DNA of 32,000 nucleotides from Chitinimonas sp. BJB300. Lineage in GTDB: Bacteria; Pseudomonadota; Gammaproteobacteria; Burkholderiales; Chitinimonadaceae. The stretch is from the NCBI RefSeq assembly GCF_002735695.1, contig NZ_PDZH01000016.1, positions 1-32,000 on the forward strand, given 5' to 3'. Of the stretch, positions 11,650-23,716 are shown one piece after another. The notes below the pieces were generated by a model. It was not told where the DNA came from and searched no databases. It saw only the letters and a program-made list of their open reading frames with translations. The stretch's first letter is position 1; each line of letters begins with the position of its first letter. The position numbers and the translations under genes are program-made.

Positions 11650-13191
11650 TCAGAAAGCGCCGTTGGCTTTGAACGACTTGATGGCTTCCGCCAATTTCTT
11701 GTCGTTGTCGCCAGACAGCTCACCCTTACCGTCCATCTCAGCGATGATTTCGGCATGGTTGGCCTTCACGTAGGCATACAGGGCGGCTTCAAAAGCCAAG
11801 GCTTTTTCAACCGGCACATCATCCGCCAGACCTTTTTCAACCGCGTACAGGGTCACCGACAACTGCGACACCTTGAACGGGGCGTACTGGCCTTGTTTCA
11901 GGAGTTCAGTCACCAAGCGGCCGCGATCAAGCTGTTTGCGAGTGGCTTCATCCAGGTCAGAAGCGAACTGGGCAAAGGCAGCAAGTTCACGGTACTGGGC
12001 CAATGCGGTACGGATACCACCGGCGAGCTTCTTGACGACCTTGGTCTGGGCTGCACCACCAACGCGCGACACCGAGATACCGGCGTTGATGGCGGGTCGA
12101 ATACCCGCGTTGAACAAGTCCGATTCCAGGAAGATCTGGCCGTCGGTAATCGAGATCACGTTGGTCGGCACGAAGGCGGACACGTCACCAGCCTGGGTTT
12201 CGATGATAGGCAGGGCGGTCAAAGAACCGGTCTTGCCCTTCACGGCACCGTTGGTGATCTTCTCGATGTAGTCTTCATTGACACGCGATGCACGTTCCAG
12301 CAAACGCGAGTGGATGTAGAACACATCGCCTGGATACGCTTCACGGCCCGGCGGACGACGCAACAGCAGCGAAATCTGACGATAGGCGACGGCTTGCTTG
12401 GACAAGTCGTCGTACACGATCAGGGCATCTTCGCCGATATCGCGGAAGTATTCGCCCATGGCGCAACCAGCGTAGGGCGACAGGTACTGCATTGCAGCCG
12501 ATTCAGATGCCGAAGCGGCAACCACAATGGTGTGATCCAGCGCACCATGCTCTTCCAGTTTGCGCACCACGTTAGCAATCGACGAAGCCTTCTGGCCGAT
12601 AGCAACGTAGATACAGGTAACGCCGTTACCCTTCTGGTTGATGATGGCATCCAGCGCGACAGCGGTCTTGCCGGTCTGGCGGTCGCCAATGATCAATTCA
12701 CGCTGACCACGACCAACCGGCACCATGGCGTCAATCGCCTTGATACCTGTTTGCAATGGTTGCGAAACGGATTGACGGGCGATAACGCCAGGGGCGATTT
12801 TTTCGATCGGGCTGGAGCGGGTCGCATTGATCGGGCCCTTGCCATCAATAGGCTGGCCCAATGCATTCACCACACGGCCACGCAGTTCCGGACCAACCGG
12901 CACTTCAAGGATACGACCGGTGCACTTTACTTCCGAACCTTCGGAAATGTGCTCGTAGTCACCCAGTACTACGGCGCCAACAGAGTCACGCTCCAGGTTC
13001 AGGGCCAGACCAAAAGTATTGCCCACGAATTCGAGCATTTCGCCCTGCATGACTTCAGACAAGCCGTGCACGCGAACGATACCGTCAGACACCGAAACCA
13101 CGGTACCAGTCGTGCGGCTTTCTGCGCCTGCGGACAGGTTCTGAATCTTGCTCTTGATCAGATCGCTGATCTCGGACGGATTCAATTGCAT
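11650..13191 (-). CDS. atpA: F0F1 ATP synthase subunit alpha
   Basis: [17 protein letters not shown]-terminus at ATG 13191 with GGAG 8 nt upstream (the track start is GTG 13200). Walker A is GDRQTGKT. Length is 513 aa. Confidence 0.97.
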   Translation of the reverse strand: MQLNPSEISDLIKSKIQNLSAGAESRTTGTVVSVSDGIVRVHGLSEVMQGEMLEFVGNTFGLALNLERDSVGAVVLGDYEHISEGSEVKCTGRILEVPVGPELRGRVVNALGQPIDGKGPINATRSSPIEKIAPGVIARQSVSQPLQTGIKAIDAMVPVGRGQRELIIGDRQTGKTAVALDAIINQKGNGVTCIYVAIGQKASSIANVVRKLEEHGALDHTIVVAASASESAAMQYLSPYAGCAMGEYFRDIGEDALIVYDDLSKQAVAYRQISLLLRRPPGREAYPGDVFYIHSRLLERASRVNEDYIEKITNGAVKGKTGSLTALPIIETQAGDVSAFVPTNVISITDGQIFLESDLFNAGIRPAINAGISVSRVGGAAQTKVVKKLAGGIRTALAQYRELAAFAQFASDLDEATRKQLDRGRLVTELLKQGQYAPFKVSQLSVTLYAVEKGLADDVPVEKALAFEAALYAYVKANHAEIIAEMDGKGELSGDNDKKLAEAIKSFKANGAF

Positions 13192-13233
13192 TGTTTGCAC
13201 TCCAAAATGATTACTCGCTCACTACGCTAGGCG

Positions 13234-13770
13234 TTAGTGGGCGAGGCGGGCCGAGAGCGCAGCAAGCTTGCCACGCACCGAGGCGTCGATGACGTCATCA
13301 CCCACAGTCATGCGCACGCCACCGATCAGATCGGGGTTGATGCTGACGGTGGTCTCGACCTTCTTACCGGTACGGTCGGCCAAGATGGACTTGATTTCGT
13401 CCAACTGGGTACCGCTCAGGTCAAAAGCCGACTCGATGTGCGCTGTAACCGAACCCTCTGCAACAGCCTTCAATTGCTCGAACAAATCGGCAATATAGGG
13501 CAGCAGGACAAAGCGGCGGCTTTCCAACACGGTAGAAACGAAATTGCTTATGTGTGGCGTAGCACGCGCGCCAAGCAGTTCGGTCAGAAGCGCTTGTACC
13601 TGGCTCGCGGAGAACTTCGGATTGGCGGCGAACTCGACTGCCAGCGGGTCTTGCGCGGCGGCAGCCAATACAGCCAGCGCCTCCGACCAAGCCGGCAGGC
13701 TGTTCGCTTCCTTCGCCAGCCGGAATGCAGCCTCGGCGTAGGGTCTTGCGACGGTTATGAGTTCAGCCAT
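13234..13770 (-). CDS. atpH: F0F1 ATP synthase subunit delta
   Basis: 178 aa, MAELITVARPYAEAAF, in the OSCP/delta position between atpF and atpA. Confidence 0.93.
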   Translation of the reverse strand: MAELITVARPYAEAAFRLAKEANSLPAWSEALAVLAAAAQDPLAVEFAANPKFSASQVQALLTELLGARATPHISNFVSTVLESRRFVLLPYIADLFEQLKAVAEGSVTAHIESAFDLSGTQLDEIKSILADRTGKKVETTVSINPDLIGGVRMTVGDDVIDASVRGKLAALSARLAH

Positions 13771-13776
13771 GAGCGT

Positions 13777-14247
13777 TTACAGTTCCGCTTTAAGAGAAGC
13801 GAGCAGGTCGGCGTGACGAGCAGCGTCCACTTCCTTGCGCAGGATCTTCTCTGCGCCGGCCACAGCCAAAACAGAAACTTGCTGACGCAGGGTTTCCTTG
13901 GCGTGATGAACTTGCTGGTCGACTTCAGCCTTTGCACCAGCGATCAGACGATCACCTTCGACGCGAGCTGCGTCTTTGGCTTCCTCAACGATCTGACTGG
14001 CGCGCTTCTCAGCTTGGGCGATGATTTCGGTCGCTTGCGACTTGGCTTTGCGCAGTTCTTCTGCAGCACGCTTTTCGGCGAGCTCAAGATCGTGCTTGGC
14101 GCGGTCAGCAGCGGACAAGCCGTCTGCAATGCGCTTGGCACGTTCTTCCAGCGTCGCGATAAGCGGCGGCCAGATGAACTTCCAGGTGACCAGCACCAGG
14201 ATCGCGAAGACCAACGCTTGCCCGAACAAGGACGCGTTAATATTCAT
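13777..14247 (-). CDS. atpF: F0F1 ATP synthase subunit b
   Basis: 156 aa. Single N-terminal TM helix, then a long charged helix ([20 protein letters not shown]...). Confidence 0.93.
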   Translation of the reverse strand: MNINASLFGQALVFAILVLVTWKFIWPPLIATLEERAKRIADGLSAADRAKHDLELAEKRAAEELRKAKSQATEIIAQAEKRASQIVEEAKDAARVEGDRLIAGAKAEVDQQVHHAKETLRQQVSVLAVAGAEKILRKEVDAARHADLLASLKAEL

Positions 14248-14277
14248 GTGTTAACCCCTTGATGGAGAAAGGGTTGC

Positions 14278-14559
<282 letters not shown>

Positions 14560-14622
14560 CTAAGTAAGGATGGTGATTTACGAAAAAAGGGTGCGACAAA
14601 ATCAATAAAGCTTCAGCAAGGC

Positions 14623-15901
<1,279 letters not shown>

Positions 15902-15977
15902 AGGTCAAGCCGAGCGCCCGACAGCAGGGCGTAATCATCTGTTTTTTCTGAAAATTCTAGCGTTCAAACGGGTGGGA

Positions 15978-16008
15978 TATTGAGCGATCAGTATGCGATC
16001 GCTCAATA
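15978..16008. repeat. Perfect 12-bp inverted repeat with 7-bp spacer in the parB-atpI intergenic region
   Basis: TATTGAGCGATC agtatgc GATCGCTCAATA, read directly. It lies 25 nt downstream of the parB stop and about 75 nt upstream of the atpI ATG. No U-tract follows it on the minus strand. Confidence 0.8.
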
Positions 16009-16032
16009 AGAATTGATATCAACACTGGCAAT

Positions 16033-16881
16033 CTAGTGGCGCAACAAAGCCAGAAGCGTATCGAGTTGGTCCAAAGAACCATATTCTATGGTCACCTTGC
16101 CACGGCCTTTGCGCCCCGTTGCAATCTGCACCTTGGCACCTAACTTATCAGATAGATCCTCCTGCAAACGCGCCAAATCCGGATCAACCCGCTTTTGCAA
16201 GACAACAATAGGCGTAGCTTGGCCTGCCAATAGAGTTTGAACCAGCTTCTCCGTTTCGCGTACCGACAGGCCCTTACCGGCAACTAATTTTGCTATCTCA
16301 ATCTGCTTCAACACCGGCAGCGCCAGTAACGCCCGTGCATGGCCCATATCAAGCGCCCCATACATCAGCATTTCTCGTACAGGGTCTGCCAAATTCAATA
16401 AGCGGAGCAGGTTGGTCACAGCAGAGCGCGATTTGCCGACTGCATGGGCGCAAGCCTCGTGCGTCATGCCAAACTCCTCAATCAGCCGTTGCAAACCTAC
16501 GGCCTCTTCAAGCGGATTCAGGTTCTCACGCTGGATATTTTCAATCAGCGCCATCACCAGCACGACTTCGTCCGAGACCTTCCGAATAACGGCAGGAAGT
16601 TCAGTCAACCCTGCTTTTTGTGCTGCCCGCCAACGCCTTTCTCCAGCAATGATTTCATAGCGATCGATACCGATTTCACGCACCAGAATCGGCTGAATCA
16701 CGCCCTGCGTACGAATGCTTTCAGCCAAGTCAGCCAGCGCATGCTCATCCATATGGGTGCGCGGCTGGTATTTACCTGGCTGCAGATAGTGGACAGGCAA
16801 CGCCTGGAGTTTCTCTTCCAATGCCGCGGCACTACCCAGCAGGGCATCCAGACCGCGACCGAGACCTTTGAACTTGGCCAT
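16033..16881 (-). CDS. parB: Chromosome partitioning protein ParB
   Basis: MAKFKGLGRGLDALL N-terminus (ATG 16881), ParB box GERRWRAA, and an HTH region. Confidence 0.95.
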   Translation of the reverse strand: MAKFKGLGRGLDALLGSAAALEEKLQALPVHYLQPGKYQPRTHMDEHALADLAESIRTQGVIQPILVREIGIDRYEIIAGERRWRAAQKAGLTELPAVIRKVSDEVVLVMALIENIQRENLNPLEEAVGLQRLIEEFGMTHEACAHAVGKSRSAVTNLLRLLNLADPVREMLMYGALDMGHARALLALPVLKQIEIAKLVAGKGLSVRETEKLVQTLLAGQATPIVVLQKRVDPDLARLQEDLSDKLGAKVQIATGRKGRGKVTIEYGSLDQLDTLLALLRH

Positions 16882-16998
16882 GTATTTGACTTCCATAAGG
16901 GTCATACCTGGGATCAGTGCGTCACCGTACTCATGACCACACATTCACACTTAACCCTGTTTGGTAAACAAGGGGCAGGCTGCGCCTTCGGCGCGGGT

Positions 16999-17760
16999 TT
17001 ATTTAAAGCGTGCGATCAGCTCTTCTGCAAGCGCACGGTAGGCTTGCGCCCCACGCGAGGACTTGTCATAAGCAAAGATAGGGCGGCCAAAACTGGGGGC
17101 TTCTGCGAGACGGATATTGCGCGGAATCACCGTCTCAAACACCTTGTAACCGAAATGCTGATTCAGCTGAGCTACAACCTGCTGCGCCAAAGTAGAACGC
17201 GGGTCATACAGCGTACGCAACAAGCCATCAATCTCGATCTTGGGATTGAGCGCCTGCCGAACACGCCGCATGGTGTTGATCAAGTCAGTCAAGCCTTCCA
17301 ACGCATAATACTCGCACTGCATGGGGATAATGACTCCATCGGAAGCAGCCAAACCATTTACGGTGAGCATATTAAGCGCAGGTGGGCAGTCAATCAGGAT
17401 GTAATCGTATTCAGCCTGCACCGCCAACAACGCTTCACGCAAACGTAGTTCGCGCCGATCGACTTCAATCAGTTCAACCTCGGCACCACCAAGCTCACGG
17501 TTCGCAGGAAGAATATCAAAGCCGTGCTCGGTATTGATACGTACATCCGCCAACTCGGCATGCCCCAGCAGCAAATGATAAACACTGCGGCCCAACTCCT
17601 GCTTATCCACGCCAGAACCCATGGTGGCGTTGCCTTGAGGGTCAAGGTCGATCAGCAGTACCCGCTTTCCCTTCAGGACCAAGCCGGCAGAGAGATTTAC
17701 CGTGGTGGTGGTCTTACCCACTCCCCCTTTTTGGTTGGTGATTGCGATGACGCGACTCAT
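16999..17760 (-). CDS. parA: Chromosome partitioning ATPase ParA (Soj)
   Basis: 253 aa with the deviant Walker A NQKGGVGKTTT. Its start overlaps the rsmG stop (ATGA). Confidence 0.96.
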   Translation of the reverse strand: MSRVIAITNQKGGVGKTTTTVNLSAGLVLKGKRVLLIDLDPQGNATMGSGVDKQELGRSVYHLLLGHAELADVRINTEHGFDILPANRELGGAEVELIEVDRRELRLREALLAVQAEYDYILIDCPPALNMLTVNGLAASDGVIIPMQCEYYALEGLTDLINTMRRVRQALNPKIEIDGLLRTLYDPRSTLAQQVVAQLNQHFGYKVFETVIPRNIRLAEAPSFGRPIFAYDKSSRGAQAYRALAEELIARFK

Positions 17761-18398
17761 GCGCGCACCTCCATCCAGACAATGCAGCGCTCGGCACCCA
17801 GGTCCGGCACATCCAGCGGCATAACATGGCTATTAATATCAGCAGGCAAAGAAGCGATTTCCTCAAATGGCTGCACCCCTTTTAGGGCAGCCCAACGGCC
17901 ATTATTCGCCAGTAAATGTTTTGTTAGACGAACAAAGTCCGTCAAGTCGGCAAACGCACGCGAGGTTATCAGGTCGAAACCGCCATCAAGCGGGACATTC
18001 TCAACCCTGTCACAGATAACCTGCACATTCTGTAGGTCAAGTTCAATCACTGCCTGACGCAGGAAAGTCGTCTTTTTATGGTTGCTGTCCAGCAGGGTAA
18101 TCTTCCAATCCGGCTGCAAAATGGCAAAGGGGATGCCGGGCTGGCCGCCGCCGCTACCCACATCAAGCAGCCGCCGTGGTTGCACAGCGGCAATAGGCGC
18201 TAGCGCAGCCAAGCTATCGAGCAAATGGTGAGAAACCATGCGCTCAGGCTCTGTAATTGCCGTCAAACTATATGTTTTGTTCCACTTCAGCAGTAACGCC
18301 AAGTAGGTAAGCAAGCGGGCGACCTTAGCGTCGTCCAATGTGAGGCCCAATACTGCCAGGCCCTCTTTTAATTGCTGTTCTTGTTTTGTCCCGATCAT
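17757..18398 (-). CDS. rsmG: 16S rRNA (guanine527-N7)-methyltransferase
   Basis: 213 aa, SAM motif [14 protein letters not shown], in the gidB position between mnmG and parA. Its start overlaps the mnmG stop (ATGA). Confidence 0.93.
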   Translation of the reverse strand: MIGTKQEQQLKEGLAVLGLTLDDAKVARLLTYLALLLKWNKTYSLTAITEPERMVSHHLLDSLAALAPIAAVQPRRLLDVGSGGGQPGIPFAILQPDWKITLLDSNHKKTTFLRQAVIELDLQNVQVICDRVENVPLDGGFDLITSRAFADLTDFVRLTKHLLANNGRWAALKGVQPFEEIASLPADINSHVMPLDVPDLGAERCIVWMEVRA

Positions 18399-20305
18399 GC
18401 GGTCTTTTTTGTCGTGTCGTTGTCCGGGGTGGCTTTGAAGCCGCGTTTCAGATGCACAAGCAGCAGGCCAATGGCGGCTGGTGTCATGCCTTGCAATCTG
18501 GATGCCTGACCCAGGGTCTCTGGGCGAGCTTGAATCAATCGTTGCTGTACTTCTTTGGAAAGTCCAGGCACCTTGCCGTAGTCCATCTCCGAGGGCAAGC
18601 GCACATCTTCGATATCGCTGCGGCGGGCGACTTCATCCTTCTGTCTCTCCACATAGCCTGCGTACTTGATCTGGATTTCCACCTGCTCCGCAACCAGAGG
18701 GTCTGCCACGGCCTCACCTACAACTGGCAAGCTCATCAGGCTGGCGTAATCGACGTTTGGCCGGCGTAGCAGTTGTTCCAAGGTGTATTCGCGTTCAATC
18801 TGCTGGCCGAATACACGCTGTGCCTCTTCTGGCGTGATAAGACGCGGATTGACCCAGGTCACCTTGAGCCGCTCCAACTCAGCCGCCAAAGCATCCCGCT
18901 TACGGCTGAACAATGCCCATTGCTCATCGCCAACCAAACCAAGCCGACGGCCTGCCTCAGTCAAACGCAGATCGGCATTGTCTTCTCGCAGCTGCAATCG
19001 GAACTCTGCCCGGCTGGTAAACATCCGATACGGTTCGGAAACACCACGGGTAATCAGATCGTCGACCAATACACCGAGATAGGCTTGATCACGCGCGGGC
19101 GTCCAACTCGCTTTGCCTTGTACCTGAAGTGCGGCATTCAAGCCAGCAAACAAGCCCTGTGCGGCGGCCTCTTCATAACCTGTCGTACCATTGATCTGGC
19201 CAGCAAAAAAGAGTCCAGAAATCGCTTTGCTCTCGAAAGTGGCTTTCAGCGCACGCGGGTCGAAATAGTCATATTCGATTGCATAGCCCGGCCGCAGAAT
19301 ATGTGCATTCTCCAAACCACGGATGGAGCGCACGGCAGCCAATTGAATGTCGAAAGGCAAACTTGTGGAGATACCGTTCGGATAGAACTCATGGGTGTGC
19401 AAGCCTTCTGGCTCGAGGAATATCTGGTGTGAATCCTTGTCCGCAAAGCGGTTAATCTTGTCTTCAATCGACGGGCAATAGCGCGGGCCAACACCTTCTA
19501 TCACGCCCGTAAACATGGGTGAACGATCAAACCCCGATCGGATAATGTCGTGCGTCCGCTGGTTGGTATGGGTAATCCAGCACGGCAGCTGTTGCGGGTG
19601 CATGGCCCGGCTGCCTCGCGCCGAGAACACCGGCGTAGGCTCATCACCCGGCTGTGCCTCCATTACCGAAAAGTCGATACTGCGGCCATCGATACGGGGC
19701 GGCGTACCTGTCTTGAGCCGCCCTACCGGCAACTGCAACTCACGTAACCGTGAGGACAGCGTAACCGAAGCTGGGTCTCCCGCACGGCCCCCTGTATGAT
19801 TCTCAAGCCCGACATGAATCTTGCCGGCGAGGAATGTACCTACCGTCAAGACAACTGTCGGGGCTTCAAAACGAATGCCGATTTGGGTGATGACACCAAT
19901 TACCCGATCACCTTCAACCACAAGGTCATCGACGGCTTGTTGAAACAACGTCAGATTGGGCTGGTTTTCCAACATGGAACGAATGGCAGCCTTGTACATT
20001 ACCCGGTCAGCCTGGGCCCGGGTAGCACGCACAGCCGGCCCCTTGGAACCATTCAGGGTACGGAACTGAATACCGCTCATATCAGTCGCAAGCGCCATTG
20101 CGCCACCCAATGCATCGACCTCCTTGACCAGATGCCCCTTGCCGATTCCACCAATCGAGGGGTTACAGCTCATCTGGCCCAATGTCTCGATATTATGACT
20201 AAGCAACAGCGTGCGACTGCCCATCCGGGCAGCAGCAAGCGCGGCTTCAGTGCCTGCATGACCGCCGCCAATGACGATTACATCGAAACGTTCTGGGTAC
20301 AGCAT
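18395..20305 (-). CDS. mnmG: tRNA uridine-5-carboxymethylaminomethyl(34) synthesis enzyme MnmG (GidA)
   Basis: FAD motif [16 protein letters not shown] directly after MLYPER (ATG 20305). Length is 636 aa. The track start is 20 codons upstream. Confidence 0.96.
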   Translation of the reverse strand: MLYPERFDVIVIGGGHAGTEAALAAARMGSRTLLLSHNIETLGQMSCNPSIGGIGKGHLVKEVDALGGAMALATDMSGIQFRTLNGSKGPAVRATRAQADRVMYKAAIRSMLENQPNLTLFQQAVDDLVVEGDRVIGVITQIGIRFEAPTVVLTVGTFLAGKIHVGLENHTGGRAGDPASVTLSSRLRELQLPVGRLKTGTPPRIDGRSIDFSVMEAQPGDEPTPVFSARGSRAMHPQQLPCWITHTNQRTHDIIRSGFDRSPMFTGVIEGVGPRYCPSIEDKINRFADKDSHQIFLEPEGLHTHEFYPNGISTSLPFDIQLAAVRSIRGLENAHILRPGYAIEYDYFDPRALKATFESKAISGLFFAGQINGTTGYEEAAAQGLFAGLNAALQVQGKASWTPARDQAYLGVLVDDLITRGVSEPYRMFTSRAEFRLQLREDNADLRLTEAGRRLGLVGDEQWALFSRKRDALAAELERLKVTWVNPRLITPEEAQRVFGQQIEREYTLEQLLRRPNVDYASLMSLPVVGEAVADPLVAEQVEIQIKYAGYVERQKDEVARRSDIEDVRLPSEMDYGKVPGLSKEVQQRLIQARPETLGQASRLQGMTPAAIGLLLVHLKRGFKATPDNDTTKKTA

Positions 20306-20455
20306 GATCAAACCTGTCGTTAAGTAACTGAATATCAAAGGCAAAGGGGCTGTATTGTACGACAAAACCGTTTAAAACGGCCAGCTGGTGCGCCAGGGGC
20401 TGGTTGGAAAGAGCTGCTCAAGCTATAACAGGAGCGTTTTCAAGCATTAACCGTA

Positions 20456-20890
20456 GTGAATGAAGGCATGGATAACTACATCATCTGGTTTGTATTGGGT
20501 TTGGCGCTGGCCGGCACCGAAATGTTGGTTGGCACCTTCTACCTTTTGGTATGTGGCATCGCCGCGGGTATAGGCGGCATTGTTGCACTTGCAGGTTTTA
20601 GCTTGCCCATACAGTTGCTGGCAGCAGCGTTGTGCGCCGTTGCGGGCACACTGTGGTTGCGCCGTAATCCCATCAGTCGCCCAACTGGGCCGCAATCGCT
20701 GGATTTGGGTCAAAGGGTTGAAGTGGAACACTGGAAGTCAGCCACCCAGTTACGTGTACGCTATCGTGGCGCAGGCTGGGATGCCGAGTTGGCCACCGCT
20801 ATCACAGACCAGGATCTTCCCGTGGAGCTGTATATCATTGGTCAACGAGGAAACACACTGCTGGTGGCGCTTATGCCTCCTGCCGCATAA
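20456..20890 (+). CDS. NfeD-family membrane protein (short form)
   Basis: About 140 aa. Two or three N-terminal TM helices plus a C-terminal OB-like soluble domain (QRVEVEHW...LRVRYRGAGWDAEL). It lies immediately upstream of an SPFH gene, the canonical NfeD-stomatin pair. Start is GTG 20456 or ATG 20468. Confidence 0.8.
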   Translation: MNEGMDNYIIWFVLGLALAGTEMLVGTFYLLVCGIAAGIGGIVALAGFSLPIQLLAAALCAVAGTLWLRRNPISRPTGPQSLDLGQRVEVEHWKSATQLRVRYRGAGWDAELATAITDQDLPVELYIIGQRGNTLLVALMPPAA

Positions 20891-20930
20891 CACGATGCTT
20901 TAAGATTTTAAGCAGTTTCTGGAGAAGTAG

Positions 20931-21881
20931 ATGCCGACAATAGCACTGGTCCTGTTTGTAGTTGCCGTGATTTTTGCAGTGAAATCGCTCAAGGTCGTCC
21001 CACAACAACATGCATGGGTGGTAGAACGGTTAGGGCGCTTTCACGGCACACTGCAACCAGGCCTGAATGTGGTGGTGCCGTTTGTTGATCGTGTCGCCTA
21101 CAAGCACGATCTACGTGAAGTACCGCTCGATGTACCGAGTCAAATCTGTATCACCAAAGACAATACCCAGCTTCAAGTGGACGGTATCCTCTACTTTCAA
21201 GTAACCGACCCAAAACAAGCCTCTTATGGTTCCAGCAATTTTGAGTTGGCCATCACCCAGCTGGCGCAGACCACTTTGCGGTCAGTCGTAGGCCGGATGG
21301 AGTTGGATAAGACCTTCGAAGAGCGCGACGATATCAACCGTACGGTAGTCACCGCACTGGACGAAGCCGCCTCCAACTGGGGGGTCAAAGTACTACGCTA
21401 CGAGATCAAAGACCTGACCCCGCCAAAGGAAATTCTGCATGCCATGCAGGCACAGATTACCGCCGAGCGGGAAAAGCGCGCCCTTATTGCCGCCTCGGAA
21501 GGTCGCAAGCAGGAGCAGATAAATATCGCAACGGGCCAACGCGAAGCAGCCATTCAGAACTCAGAAGGGGAACGCCAAGCTTCTATCAACCAGTCTGAGG
21601 GCGATAAAGCCGCTGCCATCAACCGTGCCGAAGGGGAAGCAGAATCCATTCGCCTGGTTGCCCGGGCTACGGCGGAGGCTATTCATATGGTCGCACAGAC
21701 AATTCGTCAGCCCGGCGGCTATGAGGCGGTTAATCTTAAGGTAGCCGAGCGCTATATTGATGCCTTCGGCAATATCGCTAAAGAAGGTAACACCATGATC
21801 TTGCCTGCCAATGCTGCTGATATCGGTAGTTTGGTAGCAACGGCCATGACGGTGGTGAAGCAACAGCAACAAATCAGCTGA
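20931..21881 (+). CDS. SPFH/band-7 (stomatin/paraslipin-like) protein
   Basis: 316 aa. N-terminal membrane anchor, SPFH core (VVPQQHAWVVERLGRF...DGILYFQVTDP...VKVLRYEIKDLTPP), and a C-terminal coiled-coil with EG-rich repeats. GGAGAAG SD upstream. Confidence 0.9.
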   Translation: MPTIALVLFVVAVIFAVKSLKVVPQQHAWVVERLGRFHGTLQPGLNVVVPFVDRVAYKHDLREVPLDVPSQICITKDNTQLQVDGILYFQVTDPKQASYGSSNFELAITQLAQTTLRSVVGRMELDKTFEERDDINRTVVTALDEAASNWGVKVLRYEIKDLTPPKEILHAMQAQITAEREKRALIAASEGRKQEQINIATGQREAAIQNSEGERQASINQSEGDKAAAINRAEGEAESIRLVARATAEAIHMVAQTIRQPGGYEAVNLKVAERYIDAFGNIAKEGNTMILPANAADIGSLVATAMTVVKQQQQIS

Positions 21882-21935
21882 TCTCAACAGCCGGCATCGG
21901 CCGGCTCGGTCTCACTTACGGTAGGGAGTGCGCAC

Positions 21936-22865
21936 ATGTCTGAATCCAAATTCCGCCTGATCACCCGCAGTGACTTCGATGGCCTGGTATGTGCCGTGTT
22001 ATTGAACGAACTCGATATGATCGACGACATACTGTTCGTGCATCCAAAGGATATGCAGGATGGCAAGGTCTCCGTGACACCCCGCGATATCAGCACCAAC
22101 CTGCCGTATGTTCCGGGCCTGCACATGGCCTTCGATCACCATCTCTCCGAAACGTTGCGCAACGAAAAGCACGATAATCACATTATTATTCCTACCGCCC
22201 CCTCTGCTGCCCGGGTGGTGTACGAATACTATGGCGGTAGAAAGGCGTTTCCCAGAGTCAGTGATGACATGATGGAGGCTGTTGACAAGGCGGACTCAGC
22301 CGACTTTACGGCTGACGAAATCTTGAGCCCCGAAGGTTGGGTGCTACTGAATTACCTGATGGATGCGCGTACAGGACTGGGCCGGTTTCGCGAATTCCGC
22401 GTCAGTAACTACCAGCTGATGATGGACCTGATCCAGTACTGCCGCACCCATGGCATTGAGGACATTCTCAGCCTGCCGGACGTGCGCGAGCGCGTAGAGC
22501 TGTATTTTGAACACGAGCCGCGTGCCAAGGACCAAATCATGCGCTGTACTACCACCAGCCTTAATCTGGCGGTGCTGGACCTACGCAATGAAGAAACCAT
22601 CTTCGCAGCCAACCGCTTCATGGTGTATGCGTTGTACCCTGAGACAAATATCTCCATCCATGTCATGTGGGGCCGGGAAAAGCAGAACACCGTATTCGCG
22701 ATTGGTAAGTCCATTCTTGATCGCTCCTGCAAAACCAATGTCGGGGAACTGTGCTTGCAATATGGCGGTGGCGGCCACCATGCAGCGGGGACTTGTCAGG
22801 TTAGCAATGACCGCGCTGAAGTAGTACTCAAGGAATTAGTTTCAAAAATCAACGCTGAAGGATGA
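21936..22865 (+). CDS. DHH-family phosphoesterase (exopolyphosphatase-like)
   Basis: 309 aa with DHH-family motifs in order: SDFDG (DxD), AFDHH (DHH), and GGGGHHAAG (DHHA1-type GGGH). The substrate cannot be inferred. Confidence 0.7.
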   Translation: MSESKFRLITRSDFDGLVCAVLLNELDMIDDILFVHPKDMQDGKVSVTPRDISTNLPYVPGLHMAFDHHLSETLRNEKHDNHIIIPTAPSAARVVYEYYGGRKAFPRVSDDMMEAVDKADSADFTADEILSPEGWVLLNYLMDARTGLGRFREFRVSNYQLMMDLIQYCRTHGIEDILSLPDVRERVELYFEHEPRAKDQIMRCTTTSLNLAVLDLRNEETIFAANRFMVYALYPETNISIHVMWGREKQNTVFAIGKSILDRSCKTNVGELCLQYGGGGHHAAGTCQVSNDRAEVVLKELVSKINAEG

Positions 22866-23641
22866 AATCAGTGCAAGTTGTAACAAGATGGACGCTTGGC
22901 GCGTTGCTTTGCTCAACCGCCTGTTGGGGCAGTAACAAGGTTTTGTTATGCGCTGAAGATGATTTTTACCCGTACTCAGCCGGGCAACGTGGAAAATCCG
23001 TCGGGTTGACAGTGGAATTGATGCGCGCTGCCTTCACCGAAGCAGGTCTTGATGTCGAATTCAGGCCCGAGCCTTACAATCGCTGCCTGGAATCCGTCAA
23101 ACGAGGTAAATACGTCGCGACCTTCGATACCGCCAAAACACCAGACCGTAAGCAAGACTATCTATGGTCGACACGTCCCCTGACCCACATCCGCATGCTG
23201 ACCTGGGGCCCGGCCGGGCTACCCCAGAAGAAAATCGATTATGCCGATCTGCGTGGCCAACGCGTAGGTGTCGCGATGGGTTATGAATACCCAGCCGAAT
23301 TACTGAATGATAGGAATATCATCAAAGTTCATAGCCAAAGCGAAGCAACCAATCTACGCAATGTCGCTGCCGGACGGCTTGCCTTCACCTTGGTTGATGC
23401 ACGAGTGGCCCATATCCTGATCAATAAACATGACTTGGCGGATAAAGTTGCGCACTACGGTGAAATCAGCACGCTGCCCATCTACGCAGTATTCTCGTTG
23501 ACGCATCCACAAGCCGAAACAACGCTAGCCCACTTTGAACGGGGCTGGGGCAAGCTGCGTGCAAAGGGCGGGGTAAAGCGTATTGAGGATAACTGGCCCA
23601 CATTGAGTCAAGCATCGCTAACGCAGCTTAAAGTCGAATAA
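22862..23641 (+). CDS. Periplasmic substrate-binding protein, type-3 (amino-acid/polar) SBP fold, orphan
   Basis: 259 aa with an N-terminal signal-like segment and an SBP_bac_3-like layout (LLCAEDDFYPYS... GVAMGYEYP...). The start ATG overlaps the DHH stop (ATGA). No permease or ATPase gene is adjacent. Confidence 0.7.
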   Translation: MKSVQVVTRWTLGALLCSTACWGSNKVLLCAEDDFYPYSAGQRGKSVGLTVELMRAAFTEAGLDVEFRPEPYNRCLESVKRGKYVATFDTAKTPDRKQDYLWSTRPLTHIRMLTWGPAGLPQKKIDYADLRGQRVGVAMGYEYPAELLNDRNIIKVHSQSEATNLRNVAAGRLAFTLVDARVAHILINKHDLADKVAHYGEISTLPIYAVFSLTHPQAETTLAHFERGWGKLRAKGGVKRIEDNWPTLSQASLTQLKVE

Positions 23642-23716
23642 CGGTACAGAAGCTATGCTGGAGCAACCCAGGGATGGGTCTCCTGGTGCCCGCAACGCCG
23701 GGCGTCGGACAAGACG

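Noticed and set aside
13237-14262. 341-aa plus-strand ORF opposite atpH/atpF. Similar shadows lie at 16444-17448 (opposite parB/parA), 18773-19432 and 19796-20323 (opposite mnmG).
   Set aside because: Same reasoning: these are mirror-frame ORFs in GC-rich coding DNA with no family signatures.
15902-17000. Search for canonical parS (TGTTNCACGTGAAACA) around parAB and across the rest of the window.
   Set aside because: Only isolated half-site-like fragments were seen, for example TGTTTCAC near 628 and TGTTCCAC near 7905, and neither is palindromic. No credible parS lies in this window.
20306-20455. Possible oriC next to mnmG/gidA, as in E. coli, at the point where gene orientation switches from minus to plus.
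   Set aside because: The gap is only about 150 bp, and I see no DnaA boxes (TTATCCACA/TGTGGATAA or close variants; only a weak TGGATAA inside the next ORF). There are also no AT-rich 13-mer-type repeats and no GATC clustering. The strand switch and the synteny break remain compatible with an origin-proximal location: in Pseudomonas-type genomes trmE-yidC-rnpA-rpmH-dnaA follow gidA, but here they do not.
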